A stretch of DNA of 63,968 bases, the filler included, from Octopus bimaculoides (lineage: Eukaryota): assembly GCF_001194135.2 (NCBI RefSeq). It is 6 parts of 6 records of this genome, joined end to end, with 100 filler letters (N's around TTAATTAATTAA, not from the genome) between each part and the next. Parts side by side here need not be neighbours in the genome. Positions count along the whole stretch, not along the records: positions 1 to 20,076 come from NC_068983.1; positions 20,177 to 27,131 come from NC_068981.1; 4 more parts are not named here. One strand, given 5' to 3'. Below, in pieces: positions 11,940 to 24,232 of the stretch (position 1 is its first letter; each line of letters starts with the position of its first letter). The translations under genes and the position numbers were made by a program. The notes beneath the pieces were generated by a model. The model was not told the DNA's origin. It searched no databases and worked only from the letters and a program-made list of their open reading frames with translations.

Positions 11940-13764
11940 CTTGTCAGGTATAAGGGCCGGACATACTGTTTGACCAGGCTGGGGTTTGGGCTAAATTCAG
12001 CACCAAAGATTATGGCAACAATTCTCAAGGCCATCCTGGGAAAAGTGGACAGAGTAAAAAGGACCACCAATTCGTACATTGATGACATCCTTGTAGATGA
12101 AACCATAATGCCAGCAACGGAGGTCATAGGCCACCTGAAGAATTTCGGGACTGGTCGCCAAGCCATCAGAGGCGATGGAGGGAGGCGCTGCACTGGGTCT
12201 CAAGCTATGGAGAGATAAGGCTGGCGCGTTGGTGTTTCGGCGAGGGAACGAGATCCCCGAACTGGGCACCAGCATGAGTAGACGGGAACTGTTCTCGGTG
12301 TGTGAGAAACTGGTGGGACACTACTCGATTGCAGGATGGCTCCGGACAGCATGTAGCTTCATCAAGAGACGAGCCGAAGGAGCGAAGTGGGGGAGAAGAT
12401 GACCGACTAGATGCAGGAAGTCTTGGTCAGAATGAGAGCAGAGGATCCAGTGAGGGGTGGTTGGTATGTTCCCAAATCAAAGAGCGGGATCGTATGGTGT
12501 GACGCCAGTAGCATCGCAATAGGGGTTGTCTTGGAAATGGGAGGCGTCGTGGTGGAAGATGCTGCCTGGATCAAGAAGACGGATGTCTGCTACCATATCA
12601 ATGTGGCGGAGTTAGATGCCGTGTTGAAGGAGTGAATCCTGCCTTAAAGTGAAGGCTGCGCACCATAGAAATGTGGACTGATTCGGCCACTGTGCTTGGT
12701 TGGGTGATGGCAGTCGTCACCAATGAGCGGAGGGTGCGAACCAAAGGGGCCGCAGAGATTTTGGTAAAACGTCGATGGGAGATACTGCGTGAACTAACCG
12801 CTGAGTTCAACCTGAAGCTGAGCATGATCTTTATGCCTTCTGAGAACAGGACAGGCGTCCTGACCAGGATAAAGCGAGCCTGGTTGCAAGTGCCAGAGGA
12901 TGCGGAGCAGGCTGTGGCTGCAGTATGCCGTCTGAGTGGCTCGGAGTTGAGGAGATTGTATACCATGCATCACATGGGGGTGGACAAGGGCGTTGTTCCT
13001 AGCCAGGAAAGTCGACTCCGATGTAACAAGACAGATCGTGCAGAGAGTGGTTAGCAGCTGTGACAGGTACCAGTCCATCGACCCTGCTCCGGGCGTACAT
13101 GAAGCAGGAAGTATTCCAGTGGACCACAACTGGAAACGACTCGGAGGTGCTGAAAGAAATGCTTGACGGGTGGCAGGTCAGCCGCTTCTTCAGGGCGGCA
13201 TACCGGCCAAGTGGACATGGGGTGGTGGAAAGGCATCATCGTACCTAACCCTAACCCTCAAGACCATGGCAGAGAGGGGCCACATTTCACCAATCGAGGC
13301 CGTATTTTGGTACAATATGTCACGCAGGTCAGTACAGGCTGAGGAGTCGGTGCCTCACACGGCAATAGTCAGGCACGAGTGGAGGCATCCGTGTACTGCA
13401 TCAATGCAACTCGGGGGAGAGGAAGAGCACACCTTTGTGCAGGTCGGGGAAGAAGTTTGGGTAAAACCCCCAAATGCACGGTGCACATCACGATGGGGAA
13501 AGGGAACAATAACCTTCATCAATTCGAGGAACAACGTCTCTGTTAATGTTATTCCACGCCATGTTTTGGACGTGCGGAAGATTGTCAATGCCTCAGAGGA
13601 AGGAACCAACAGCAGTGGGCAAAGAAGATGAAGACAGTAACAGTAGGCAAGATGATGAAGCCAACAGCAGCATGCCAGGAACTCAGGCCAGTCCCGGGGT
13701 CGCACGGCGACCACAGAGGGAGCAGCACCCTCCTCCCTGGTTGGCTGATTATGAAACCAATTAA
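11940..13764 (+). pseudogene. pol: Retrotransposon pol remnant (RT, RNase H, integrase)
   Basis: RT: LTRLGFGLNSAP...SYIDDILV. RNase H: WCDASSIAIG...HINVAEL...WTDS. Integrase: HHMGV...CDRYQ...AYRPSGHGVVERHHRT.LKTMA. C-terminus PPWLADY. Protease and RT N-terminus fall in the N-gap 11185-11939. Confidence 0.9.
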
Positions 13765-13821
13765 GGTGTGAGTTCGGGGAGCGAGGAGTGAGTGGGAAAA
13801 CCGGTTGAATGATCTGTAGAT

Positions 13822-13832
13822 CAGGGGGAGCG
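13822..13832 (+). other. Polypurine tract
   Basis: agggggagcg immediately 5' of the TGTGG LTR start. Confidence 0.65.
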
Positions 13833-14202
13833 TGTGGTGTTATGGGCTGTGATGAGTTATGTGGTGTTGGTGAAGAGGATTGCAGATGAGGTAAACAGAA
13901 GTGAAGACTGCAGGGGCCGGTGGAAGAGCCACGGGGGCGTGCGCGGGCAGGAAGCACGTGGGGCAGTTCGAGGAGAGACGGCGAGTGTGGAACGACGTGT
14001 TTTTCTTCACGATAAGGACAATGATCGCTCACCCCGCCTCGGTCAACAGGCAAGGTCTCTGTATTTCTTTCTCCCTTTTGCTTCTTTTTCTGTTGTCTTT
14101 TTCCTCCATCACACAACAACCTTCATGCACATACATACGTGTACATATTTATACAGAACACATACATGTCTATATATACATATAAGCACACACAACTCCA
14201 CA
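13833..14202 (+). repeat. 3' LTR (~370 bp)
   Basis: Starts TGTGGTGTT and ends AACTCCACA (8/9 inverted match, TG...CA). Follows the PPT and the pol stop. Confidence 0.8.
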
Positions 14203-15182
14203 TAGGGATAATTTAAGTAATACAAGGGTTCTCACAAAAAAGTTCCTTTAGTGGATCAGGCTACAAACCACATTAGTAAACCAAAGTATAGTGTTGTAAT
14301 GTATAGTCCTATGCAGTTGAATTCCAGTAAATCAAATCATTTCATGAGGAGTATATAAAATATAAAGAGAGGTAGAAGATTAATATATCTATTTCAACAG
14401 TTGATATCCTTTATATCCATGTGATTACGATCGTTTCGCAACCATTATCATAGAAAAATAATTTATTTTAGTGTATAATGAATTATTTTGCATGTCTGTA
14501 TTAGCGTATATGCTATAAATTATATAGTACTATTGTACAATTTATAATGTAGTACAGGTAAAGAAGGCCTGCTCTTCAGATCAAAAAATATCATGGTTAC
14601 ATCTAGTCATCAACTCAATATTGACATACAAAAGCAGAAAGACATCTTCGAAATATTGGTGTATAGACGACAATAATCAATAAAACAGTTTTCTATAGGA
14701 GGGAGGAGTGAGATTTAGTAAGATATTAGAAAGTAAACAGTGGATAGAGGTAGTGGAAGAGATTTTATGTAATATGATATTAAGAGATAGTCATATATAT
14801 TTTACCGTTAATAACCTAGAAGTTATAAGACATTCTTTTAATAGCAGTCGCATAACTGTTATTGATCAAGAATGCCAGTAAGGTATCGGCTATCAAAAGA
14901 ATACCAGTCATAGTGCTAGAGAGGGTTGAAAAATGAAATATGAGAGGAGTTTGTTGATATTGTATTTACGAAATATAGGGATTAAAATCAACGAGAAATA
15001 AAATGAAAGGGTTAGGGTTAATGAAATTTAGGATGAGAAAAAGGAAAACAGGGTAATCGCAATATATGTCAGTATGGCAGAAGGAAAGATATTGAGCTAC
15101 ATAAGGTAAGCAAATAGGAATAATAATGGGATGCATTAATCAAGATAGCGTTTAGAAATATGTAATTAATGGTATAGGACAG

Positions 15183-15216
<34 letters not shown>

Positions 15217-15226
15217 NNNNNNNNNN

Positions 15227-15263
<37 letters not shown>

Positions 15264-15420
15264 TATAAAATGTACTCGCAGATAATTTGTAATTATTGTT
15301 AGTATGGAAAATAGGGTAGAAATATTAGACTTAAATATATACTTAAGAGTGAGAAAAGAAGAAAAAAAAAACACAATTCACCAGCTTATGTTGAAAATTT
15401 TGGGGCGTTGTGAAAGCTCT

Positions 15421-15950
15421 CTAAGGACTATCGAGGCACGCCAGCATGCCTGTAACGTTGCCGCGGGTGATGGCGATGCTGATGCACTGGAACAACCAAG
15501 CACCACCACCAGCTTCACCAGTTACCTCTGCTAGGCGAGCTGCCAGTGAAGACAGGAATCTCTTGGTCAGAGGTCCGACCTCACCAAACGTCTCGAACGC
15601 CACAGGATGAAAAATGTAGTTGGTCGATAGATCGCCGTACTTCAGGATTTCATTCCGCTCGGCCACAGAAGTTGTGGATCTCGCCCTGGCCGCAGCATCC
15701 AGGATGTGAGAAGAAGTAAAGGAGTCGCTGTGACGTCACAGACACAGCATCTTCCTCTCGACTAGGAGCACAGGGTGAGGCCGTCAGGTCTTTTCCCATC
15801 ACATCTGGACAACCCAGATGGTTCCAAGATGGAGGGGATGTTTGCCCGGGCCAAGCTCCTCTTGAGTATAAGGTTTAATTCCGTTTGACGAGGAAAGCGA
15901 CCAGCATTCAGGCGACAAGAAACACCGTGGAAGCTTGTAGAGCTTTCCAC
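15421..15950 (-). mobile_element. Non-LTR retrotransposon 3' fragment, restriction-like endonuclease domain, CRE-like
   Basis: LNLILKRSLARANIPSILEPSGLSRCDGKRPDGLTL...DVT...KYGDLSTNYIFHPVAFETFG...ISIAITRGN, broken by stops and frameshift. Confidence 0.75.
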
Positions 15951-18400
15951 GACGACAGCCGAAGCCCTAAAATTTAAATGGTCAGGTGGTCGAGTAGACT
16001 ATATAAACATAGCAACTTATCCGACCTCTCCCTTTTTAACACTCACAGAAAGTTTACGGTCCTCAAAAAAAATATAAAGAAAGACATATTATCTAATGCT
16101 TGAATGCAATATATCTGAAATAAAAAGATGAGATGGTTACAAGTGGAATACGAGTGAACAACGCTAAATAACAATATAATGGACAAAAGATTTCAGTACA
16201 TGAAAGTACAATGCACCGATTTGTTTCTCAATATTTTCCCATTTTTTTAATTCTCAAAACTGAGAAACCGAAAGATCAAAAAATAATTCAGAAAAAAGAA
16301 ATTCAAAGATTTGGATAGTCCAATTTTAGAGGGTTCGGAAGTAGCCTAAAATTGATCTCTTGTGTGTTAGTAGTTGATGTAGGGTTGACAAGTTTTTATG
16401 TTATTAAGAAGAAAAGTTAATATCGGTAGATTCAATATTGATTCTGTATAGCACTGACATTCATTTTAACGATTCTCAGATTTTTTTTTTTTACTGACCC
16501 TCAACTAGATTTCAAGTTTCAAACATCATAATGGTCCCCGGAGATTTGTAACTTCATACAAGTCGTGTAGAGGTTATGGGGCGGCCCCACCTCTCTTCAC
16601 CGGTTTTGATTTTAGAAATTTGAAGAATCGTCTGCACTACTTTCTCACAGTCTTTCAAGGAAAAGAAAAACTCATCAGGTTCGAAGTAACTAATTCTTTT
16701 GTTTCAAATTAGCGGGAATAGACATATATATTTCTATTCCCTCGAAAGTATATATTAGCTTCGAGTAGATGTCGTAAAACTAGAAGGGAGTTAATTGACA
16801 TTGAGTTCAGGTGCGAGGGATATAAATGTTCTATCAACGAAACTTTATATAAAAGCTTTATGTCGTTCAAGTAATTCACCTGTCTCTTTATCTAAACATG
16901 AAAACTATCAATAAAATTAAAATCTATTTCAACAAGGGGAAAACAGAGTGTAAACAAAAGGTGCGTATGGAATATCTGGGTCTAAATTTAATCAGGGATT
17001 CATTTACGTGTAACACCTAATGGCAGCTCTTAACTCGTTGTCTTTTCTCTCTAATGGTAAGATTTCTTTTAACTTCTCCGTTTACATTTTTAAAAATGTG
17101 TTGCTAATTATAAATATTTACATATCCGTATGCCCTTTATGCGATATATATATGTATGTATGTATATGCTGACAAATCTTTATAAATATTGAAATTACGT
17201 CAACGTGAAATCTATTTACCTTTTTTTTTTTAATAAATTCCTTTTCAAATTATTTTTTATCAGAATCTCTAATGACAAGAACTGACTTGGACAATAGTGA
17301 AAGATTAATGCAGCTGTTCTAAGATCGTTGTTATTGTTTGTTGCAAGTATTTGATGTTTGTTGGTTGTTATGTTTAGAGGAAACATTGACACTCGAGAAA
17401 GGGTAGTGTGTGTGTGTGTATATGTGTTTCTGTGTATAGTGAAAGGAGTGTATACATATGTAGATGTCTTGCTAATTAATCGACAGTTTCGAAGTAAAGT
17501 TGATGCCTATATAGACTAACGTATTACTAATATTTACAAAACCTATAAAATAATCCGTTACTAACTGAAGAAGCACAACTATTACACAGATGAACATTAT
17601 TGTATTTTAATAATTTTTTATTGCTTACAGTTGTATCACTAATGACGGCTACTGACCTAAACATTCAATTCTACTTTGTTCAAATTAAATCGACAAGTTT
17701 TTGTTTTATAACAAACGTTGAAGGAAATTAAAGTGTATGGTGATAGTTTTTCTTATCCCACATTCTGAGAAATCTGTTTCAGTTTAACAAACTTTTACTT
17801 GGTAATTTCTTTATAACAGCGTGATTCTGGTGACAGCCGTGGTTACCTTGGTTTAAAGTACCCCTTTCTGCCTTTCATCTCTAAATAACCCTTGTACTAA
17901 AGAAGAATGGTTGTTAGTCTTCCTGTAGCTTTTTCAACCTTTTCTGGACACTTCCCTCAATATAACTAAGAATACTATCAAAGAAATTGATATTTCTATT
18001 AATGCAACATCTACTTTATATGTCTAACATTCGTATATTCACTTTATCTAATTTGTGTATGAAAACGTCTGGCTGTGTTTTTAGTAGTGAAGTCAGTTAT
18101 ATTTGTACTCAGATATTTGACTTAAACTTCTTGTAAAATATTCCCCAACTCAGAGATATTATGTCAAATATACTAGGTTCACTCTTTACTGTGTTAAGAC
18201 ATGATTGTTTTTTGACTCTGAGCAAGGGTTGTATCCCTAACCAGCTGAAGTTCATTTACCTTGTGTTTGTTATCAGATGAGAGACAACTTGAGCTGAAAT
18301 GGAATACTTGAAAGTAGTTGTTGGGGAAATAAGGAAGAATAGAGTTGATAAAATCAGGGAAAGTAAATACTTGAAGTCAGTTTAAAAGGAGGTGACATAA

Positions 18401-18690
18401 TCATCATCATCATCGTTTAATGTCCGCTTTCCATGCTAGCATGGGTTGGACGATTTGACTGAGGACTGGTGAAAACGGATGGCAACACCAGGCTCCAATC
18501 TGATTTGGCAGAGTTTCTACAGCTGGATGCCCTTCCTAACGCCAACCACTCAGAGAGTGTAGTGGGTGCTTTTACGTGTCACCCACATGAAGGCCAGTCA
18601 GGCGGTACTGGTAACGGCCACGCTCAAAATGGTGTCTTTTATGTGCCACCCACACAAGAGCCAGTCGAGGGGGCACTGGCAACGATCTCG
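18401..18690 (-). mobile_element. Interspersed repeat ending in (GAT)n (SINE or RTE-type 3' end, family G)
   Basis: catcatcatcgtttaatgtccgctttccatgctagcatgggttggac...ggatgcccttcctaa, shared with ~19010, ~48910 and ~51990. Confidence 0.7.
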
Positions 18691-19007
18691 CTTGAAAATC
18701 CTAATATATGTGGAAATGTCTAGCATGGGAATCTTCTAAGCAAATTACTTTCCTGTGGGCTCCATTCCTCTCCCTTAGATTGGTGGTATTCTATCAGATC
18801 ATCCTATCTCAGTGTATGCTGAGGGAGTCTTAGTCTAACACCTCTCATACAACCTAGACCATGAACAGAGATTTCAACTACACATTCAAAGACACTTCTC
18901 CTCCTCTCCTAGTCAGAAACACTACACACACACACCCCAAACACAGTCAGAAAATATTTCACCCTTTTCAAATCTTGTGTAAGACCCACAAAGTTTTACA
19001 ACCACAT

Positions 19008-19350
19008 CTTTTAACATCTGCTTTCCATGCTAGCATGGGTTAGACAGTTTGACATGGAGCTGTCCAGGCTCCAGCTATTTGTTGAGGCATGGTTTCTACT
19101 GCTGGATGCCCTTCCTAATGCCACCCACTTAACAGAGTGTGCTTGGTGCTTGTTACATGTCACCAGTATGGGTGCATTGACACAGCACTGGTGCGGGTGC
19201 ATTAACACAGCTCTTGCATGGGTGCTTTTTAAGCGGCCCTGACACCTAAAAGGCCAAGCTTGACATGTCTTATCAAGTGCAGCAAATTGCCACATCTCCT
19301 GGTCCCTTGTTATTTCTTCAGTGATGTCCAATTCTGAGGATCCTTTCTTA
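19008..19350 (-). mobile_element. Family G repeat copy
   Basis: tttaacatctgctttccatgctagcatgggtt...ggatgcccttcctaatgcca. Confidence 0.65.
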
Positions 19351-19351
19351 C

Positions 19352-19810
19352 GATCTGTGCAAGATTGGTGCCAAGAGAGCTCACTGCAGAGCACAAATGC
19401 AAATGTCTTGAGGTCTGCCAATGTTTACTCGATCACTACAACAATGAGGGCAAGGAATTTTTCAGCAGAATAGTCATAGGAGATGAAACTGGATCCAAAA
19501 GACAGAGGATAGAGTGGAAACATCCTGGCTCGCCAGTGACACAAGAAGTCAAGATTCAGTCTCGCATGGGAAACGTGATGCTAATCCTATTTTGAAACTC
19601 AAAAGGGCCCATACTGGAAGACTACCTGGAAAAGAGGTGTCTGATCAACAGTGCAAGTTACAGTACGTTGCTGGCCAACAAACTGAAGCCAGCAACACAC
19701 CTCAAATGCCAAAGCCTATAGTCAAAGAAGGAAGTATTTGTTGTTGCATGACAGTGCACGCCCAGGCTATTGAAACCATTCACCAACTGTGCTACCCAAG
19801 CCTCCAATGA
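19352..19810 (+). mobile_element. Mariner transposase fragment (pseudogene)
   Basis: VPRELTAEHK...FFSRIVIGDET...EWKHPGSP...GNVMLILF, then ILEDYL...INSASYSTLL...KLKPA. Confidence 0.85.
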
Positions 19811-20440
19811 ATTTCAGCACCTGACACACCTTCCAACCTGATCACTGCTCTTTGTTTTCCAGTCAGGCTCAAACTTTAATCACATGACCACAATAGTACC
19901 AACTATAAGTATGCACGCACAAAAGGCAGTGTGACAATAATAAAGATATGTCATAGCAAAAGGGCAGATAATTTTTGACTTTCCCTCATTTATTTACATA
20001 AGTAATACTAACATTACATTGCTATTATATATTTTCATACCAGCTTGCTTTGCTTCACTTTCATTTTGTATGTGACNNNNNNNNNNNNNNNNNNNNNNNN
20101 NNNNNNNNNNNNNNNNNNNNTTAATTAATTAANNNNNNNNNNNNNNNNNNNNNNNNNNNNNNNNNNNNNNNNNNNNTGTAGCTGGTCTTCTCTTGGAAGA
20201 GCCCTGCTTCTCACATGGACAACTGTATGTTGGCTGCTCAAGAGTGGGCAGCAAAAAATACCTATTTGTATATGCTCCACAAGGGAAAACAAGGAACATT
20301 GTTTACAACGAGGTGTTATAATCACAACAGCAAGAAAGTATGTACATGATCACCTTCTTTTACGAAACTTCATTGACTTTCATATATTTATATTGATATA
20401 CATATATATACGTGTGTTTGGGTGCGTGTGTGTATATACA

Positions 20441-20531
20441 TCTCTATATATAAAGATGATGCGTAGTCTAGACGGCGTTTTTAGATTTCATTATTCTCTT
20501 TAACCCGGGCAACGCCGGGTATTTCTGCTAG
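20441..20531 (+). mobile_element. Miniature non-autonomous Helitron (91 bp)
   Basis: 5' A|TCTCTATATATAAAG, subterminal hairpin ACCCGG-GCAACG-CCGGGT, 3' CTAG|T. Inserted between A and T without a TSD. Confidence 0.75.
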
Positions 20532-20879
20532 TATATATTAGTTTTGAATTGCTAATCCAATACTATATCAGCTCTGCTAATATGGTCCCTTATTTACAAG
20601 AAATACAGGATGGCTATAACTGAAACACCCTTGGTTACATGTCTGCTCGATCGAGGTCAACTTGTCATTAAGCAACAATAAAAATAACCTTCTACGATAG
20701 ATCTTTAGTAAAGATATGGTTTTCATTTCTATTTTATCATTACAAGTGTCCTTAAAACTTTTTCCTTTTATCAGAATTTCATCTCGACCCTCATAAACCT
20801 TGACTTCTCTGTATTTGACCTAAATTACATTCTTATTAATTAAACGTCCTTGTTACTCATTTATTTCAATTCTTCTCTC

Positions 20880-21288
20880 TTTTACTCTTTTTTACTTGTT
20901 TCAGTCTTTTGACTGTGGCCATGCTGGAGCACCGCCTTTAGTCGAGCAAATCGACCCCAGGACTTATTCTTTGGAAGCCTAGTACTTATTCTTTCGGTCT
21001 CTTTTGCTGAACCGCTAAGTTACGGGGACATAAACACACCAGCATCGGTTGTCAAGCGATGTTGGGGGGACAAACACAGACATACAAACACATACACACA
21101 TACATATATATATATACATATATACGACAGGCTTCTTTCAGTTTCCGTCTACCAAATCCACTCACAAGGCATTGGTCGGCCCGACGCTATAGTAGAAGGC
21201 ACTTGCCCAAGATGCCACGCAGTGGGACTGAACCCGGGACCATGTGGTTTGTAAGCAAGCTACTTACCACACAGCCACTCCTACGCCT
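20880..21288 (-). mobile_element. tRNA-derived SINE family A, full length
   Basis: On - strand: A-box TGGCTGTGTGG, B-box-like GGTTCAGTCCC, central gccttgtgagtggatttggtagacggaaactgaaagaagc, internal (TA/TG)n, tail gactgaaacaagtaaaa. Many copies in the window. Confidence 0.85.
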
Positions 21289-21757
21289 CTGTTTATTTTA
21301 CTTTTAGATCTTCTTCTAAACAGTATTGTGTTGTTTCATTTTTGGACGATTATTCAGAAAGCCGAGTTAATTTTTGTATTCTTTCTTCTTTCCTTTTTAA
21401 TTTTCAGTGAGAAATATGAAAATGAAACTAGCTTTTTTATGGGCTTTGTCCATAGCCCTATTTGCAAATGCGCAAGCAGATGAAACGTATTTATCAAACT
21501 TTTTATCACTTTTTCTTTTCCCTTAACACATTATTTCCATCTATCAAGTGCTAGTATTTGCGAATGATACTATTCTTTCAACATTCAACGTTCTAATATC
21601 TGGAACTTATAAATATCCATACAATACCTACTCATCTTAATTTTGTAGAAGTGCTTTAAATGTATGATTAAGGATAAATCAGTACAGTTCATGTTATCAA
21701 TCAACCAATATAAACTATGTTTTAGCAGACAATATCTACCCATTAATCTTAAAAGGT

Positions 21758-21975
21758 GGCTAAGGCGGCGAGTTGGCAGAATTGTTAGCATACTGGGCAA
21801 AGTGCTTAGCGTTATTTCGTCCGTCTTTAAGTTCTGAGTTCAAATTCCACCGTGGTCGACTTTGCTTTTCATCCTTTCGGGGTCGATAAAATAAGTATAA
21901 AATAAGCTTTGGGATCGTTGTAGTAGACTTATCTCTCAGCGAAATTACTGGCCTTGTGCCAAAATTTGAAGTCAA
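21758..21975 (+). mobile_element. tRNA-derived SINE family B
   Basis: ggcggcgagttggcagaat...gagttcaaattcc...ctttgcttttcatcctttcggggtcgataaaataagta. Homologous to ~36.7-37.1 kb, ~46.5 kb and ~54.7 kb. Confidence 0.8.
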
Positions 21976-22339
21976 TCTTAAAAAATGGCGAAATCTTTCA
22001 TGTATAAGGAAAAAAATCTGAGAGAAAGACGACAACAACAAAAGAGGAAAGTGTATTTGTCTTTGTGAAGGCGACGGAGATGGTGCTAACAGTTGAGAGT
22101 CGAACGAAATTCTTTTTCTCTTAATATCACCATACTAACTAAAAAATCTGTTGAGTTCGACATTTCAGCCATTGTCACTTATTTAGGATATAAGATTCAT
22201 AAAATAATCAACCAATTGTACATTAGAATCGATTTCAATGAAATAATTATTTCTAACACTAATGGCATTCAATACTCAAACTATGGTGGTGTAAAGCAGG
22301 GCAATAGATTAAGGCTACTTACTATTAGAGAATAAGAAA

Positions 22340-22505
22340 GCTTCCACCGACAGGCTTTCATACATGCTTTGCACCCATCAAAGATCAATCACAAGATTTT
22401 GAGCGACCTGTGACAGCAGTAGGCGTCACTTTTTCGAAGTACTGCCCAATGACATCGAACCTGAAGCCACGTAATTGTGAAGCGAAAATTTTAACCATAC
22501 AGACA
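22340..22505 (-). mobile_element. Degenerate SINE family A fragment
   Basis: aagctt...caaagatcaatcacaagatttt...atcgaacctgaagccacg resembles the family A head and centre in reverse. Confidence 0.45.
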
Positions 22506-22891
22506 AACATGCCAGTGTCAGTCTTTAAAAGAATTATTAGTTTGTATTTAATTTAGTTCAAATCCCTAATTTTTAGAGAAAGGAAACACGGGATAACTTG
22601 ATGCTTTGTTGTGATTTCTTTCTTTTTCAATTATATTATCCAAGCAACAATCTCTTCATACTCACACCAAATGGCAAAACCAAGAATGTTGCTTATCATG
22701 TTACTTTAATGTGATCGCCAAATGTCACAGTGATACTAAAAATTATTTAAATGTGATACTCTGTGATAAAAATTTGAGATGATAGGGTACCAATAAACGC
22801 TTTACCATTGTTATTCTCTTTAGTTTGGGGTCGCAGGCCCAATTAACCCTCCGCAGGAGCCAGCTTAAAGTCCGCACGGAGTGTGGATTTT

Positions 22892-22922
<31 letters not shown>

Positions 22923-23337
22923 CAATGCAAGCATCATCAGCGTGGTAAAATTAATAATTAAATCATTCATTTTTTCTGCTGATTTCGGTCATAGCAAATC
23001 AGAAAAGTTACATTTAGTAGACGAACGTTTTCACTAGGTAAGAGATACTGCTCTCGACGCTGTATGATTTGGATTATTTGTTCAATTGTAGTTTTCTGTA
23101 GATCTTTATCTTTACTATTTTCACAAAATTCTACAACAGATCAAAAATAAATAAATAGATAAATGTATAAATATATGTTTTTGAGACTGTACACTACTTT
23201 CAATATTCTAAATAGATTTCTTATTTAGGCACAAGGTCAAAAATATTTGGTGAACGAATGCTAAATATATATCTATATGATGGATAGAAAGTAGCATAAA
23301 TATTTTGTGAACAATGATTGAATTCTTTTTATTGCAG

Positions 23338-23501
23338 AGATGAAGGGCACTATATGATTTTGGTCCCAAGAAATTTTGTTTTCGGCAAGGGTAACAACAT
23401 CAGTGTTACGATGTATAAAACTACAGAGGATGAAATATTAACGTTCGAAGTTTTTAAACAGAATGAAACTTATCTTACAGTTGAAACAACAGTTAATCCA
23501 G
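23338..23501 (+). CDS. Exon of an alpha-2-macroglobulin/TEP (CD109-like) gene, MG1 domain start
   Basis: ttttattgcAG acceptor and GTaaat donor. Encodes DEGHYMILVPRNFVFGKGNNISVTMYKTTEDEILTFEVFKQNETYLTVETTVNP; phase 2 in, phase 1 out. Confidence 0.7.
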
Positions 23502-23974
23502 GTAAATATAACTAAAATATATTGCGTTCATAATTTCATTGCCATTATATTTCAATAAAATATTAGAATAAATCTGTTTCATAAAAATGACTAAAGAGTG
23601 TTTTTGTAAAGAATCTGGAATAATGTGGAATATGTTCATCAACAGCTCCTCTTTATACGTGCTTCTGTACATATAGTTTTCAACTTCTCTGTTTTTGATA
23701 GTTTTTTAAAAAATTGTTAGGTTGTATTTTGAATAAGAACGTGAATTTTTTAATGGAGTTACATAGAGTGCTTTTTAGTGTACTCCTAGGTGATGTCATT
23801 TTGTAAATTCAGAGTACAAGAACTGCTTGGACATTCTTCTCTGTGGTATCCATTATGCATGTCCAATCCTATGTTTTGTAATGATTTGGATTCTCACGGA
23901 TTTCGCTGTGGACAATCTTTTCTTTTTAATGAGGCTTCACATGCTAACATAATTTATGTCGATATGCTGCCCAA

Positions 23975-24232
23975 TTAGGCGCGTTGTGTTCTTGAGAAAG
24001 ATACTTTATTTCACATTGCTCCAGTTCACTCAGCTTGCGAAATTGAATAGTACCTGTATTTCAAATGGTCAGCCTTGTTACGTTCTATATCACACGGAAT
24101 CTCCATGAGAATTATATTAAGGATGCACGTGTCTCTGGAGTGCTCAGCCACTTGCATGTTAATTTCACGAGCAGATTGCTTCGTTGATCGGATGAATTGT
24201 AACCCATATCGTCGTAACCGATGGAGTGCTAG
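23975..24232 (+). mobile_element. SINE family D, 5'-truncated
   Basis: ttgtgttcttgagaaagatactttatttcacattgctccagttcactcagct box plus a tail homologous to 45222-45541 (-). Confidence 0.7.

Larger units (their letters stand above)
10554..14202 (+). mobile_element. Ty3/Gypsy LTR retrotransposon, 5'-truncated and decayed
   Basis: Domain order gag-(gap)-RT-RNase H-integrase, then PPT and an LTR with TG...CA ends. Stops and frameshifts throughout. Confidence 0.92.

Noticed and set aside
13355-14205. ORFs overlapping the Gypsy 3' end and LTR
   Set aside because: Alternative-frame or antisense readings of GC-rich retrotransposon sequence.
14400-15180. Possible Penelope remnant on the - strand (QYFEDVF-like word; gcgaaacgatc near 14435)
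   Set aside because: Similarity is too weak to call by eye; it needs a profile search.
16150-17050. Possible Tx1-like RT remnant on the - strand
   Set aside because: Only scattered residues resemble RT motifs amid many stops.
20121-20132. TTAATTAATTAA between N-runs (also ~27176, ~30129, ~55243, ~62779)
   Set aside because: An identical 12-mer with stops in all six frames, always centred in a gap. It is an assembly linker, not biology.
22672-23045. Candidate signal-peptide exon (MAKPRMLLIMLL; donor at ~23039)
   Set aside because: The hydrophobic ORF ends in a stop, and the frame needed at the donor contains an in-frame TAG.
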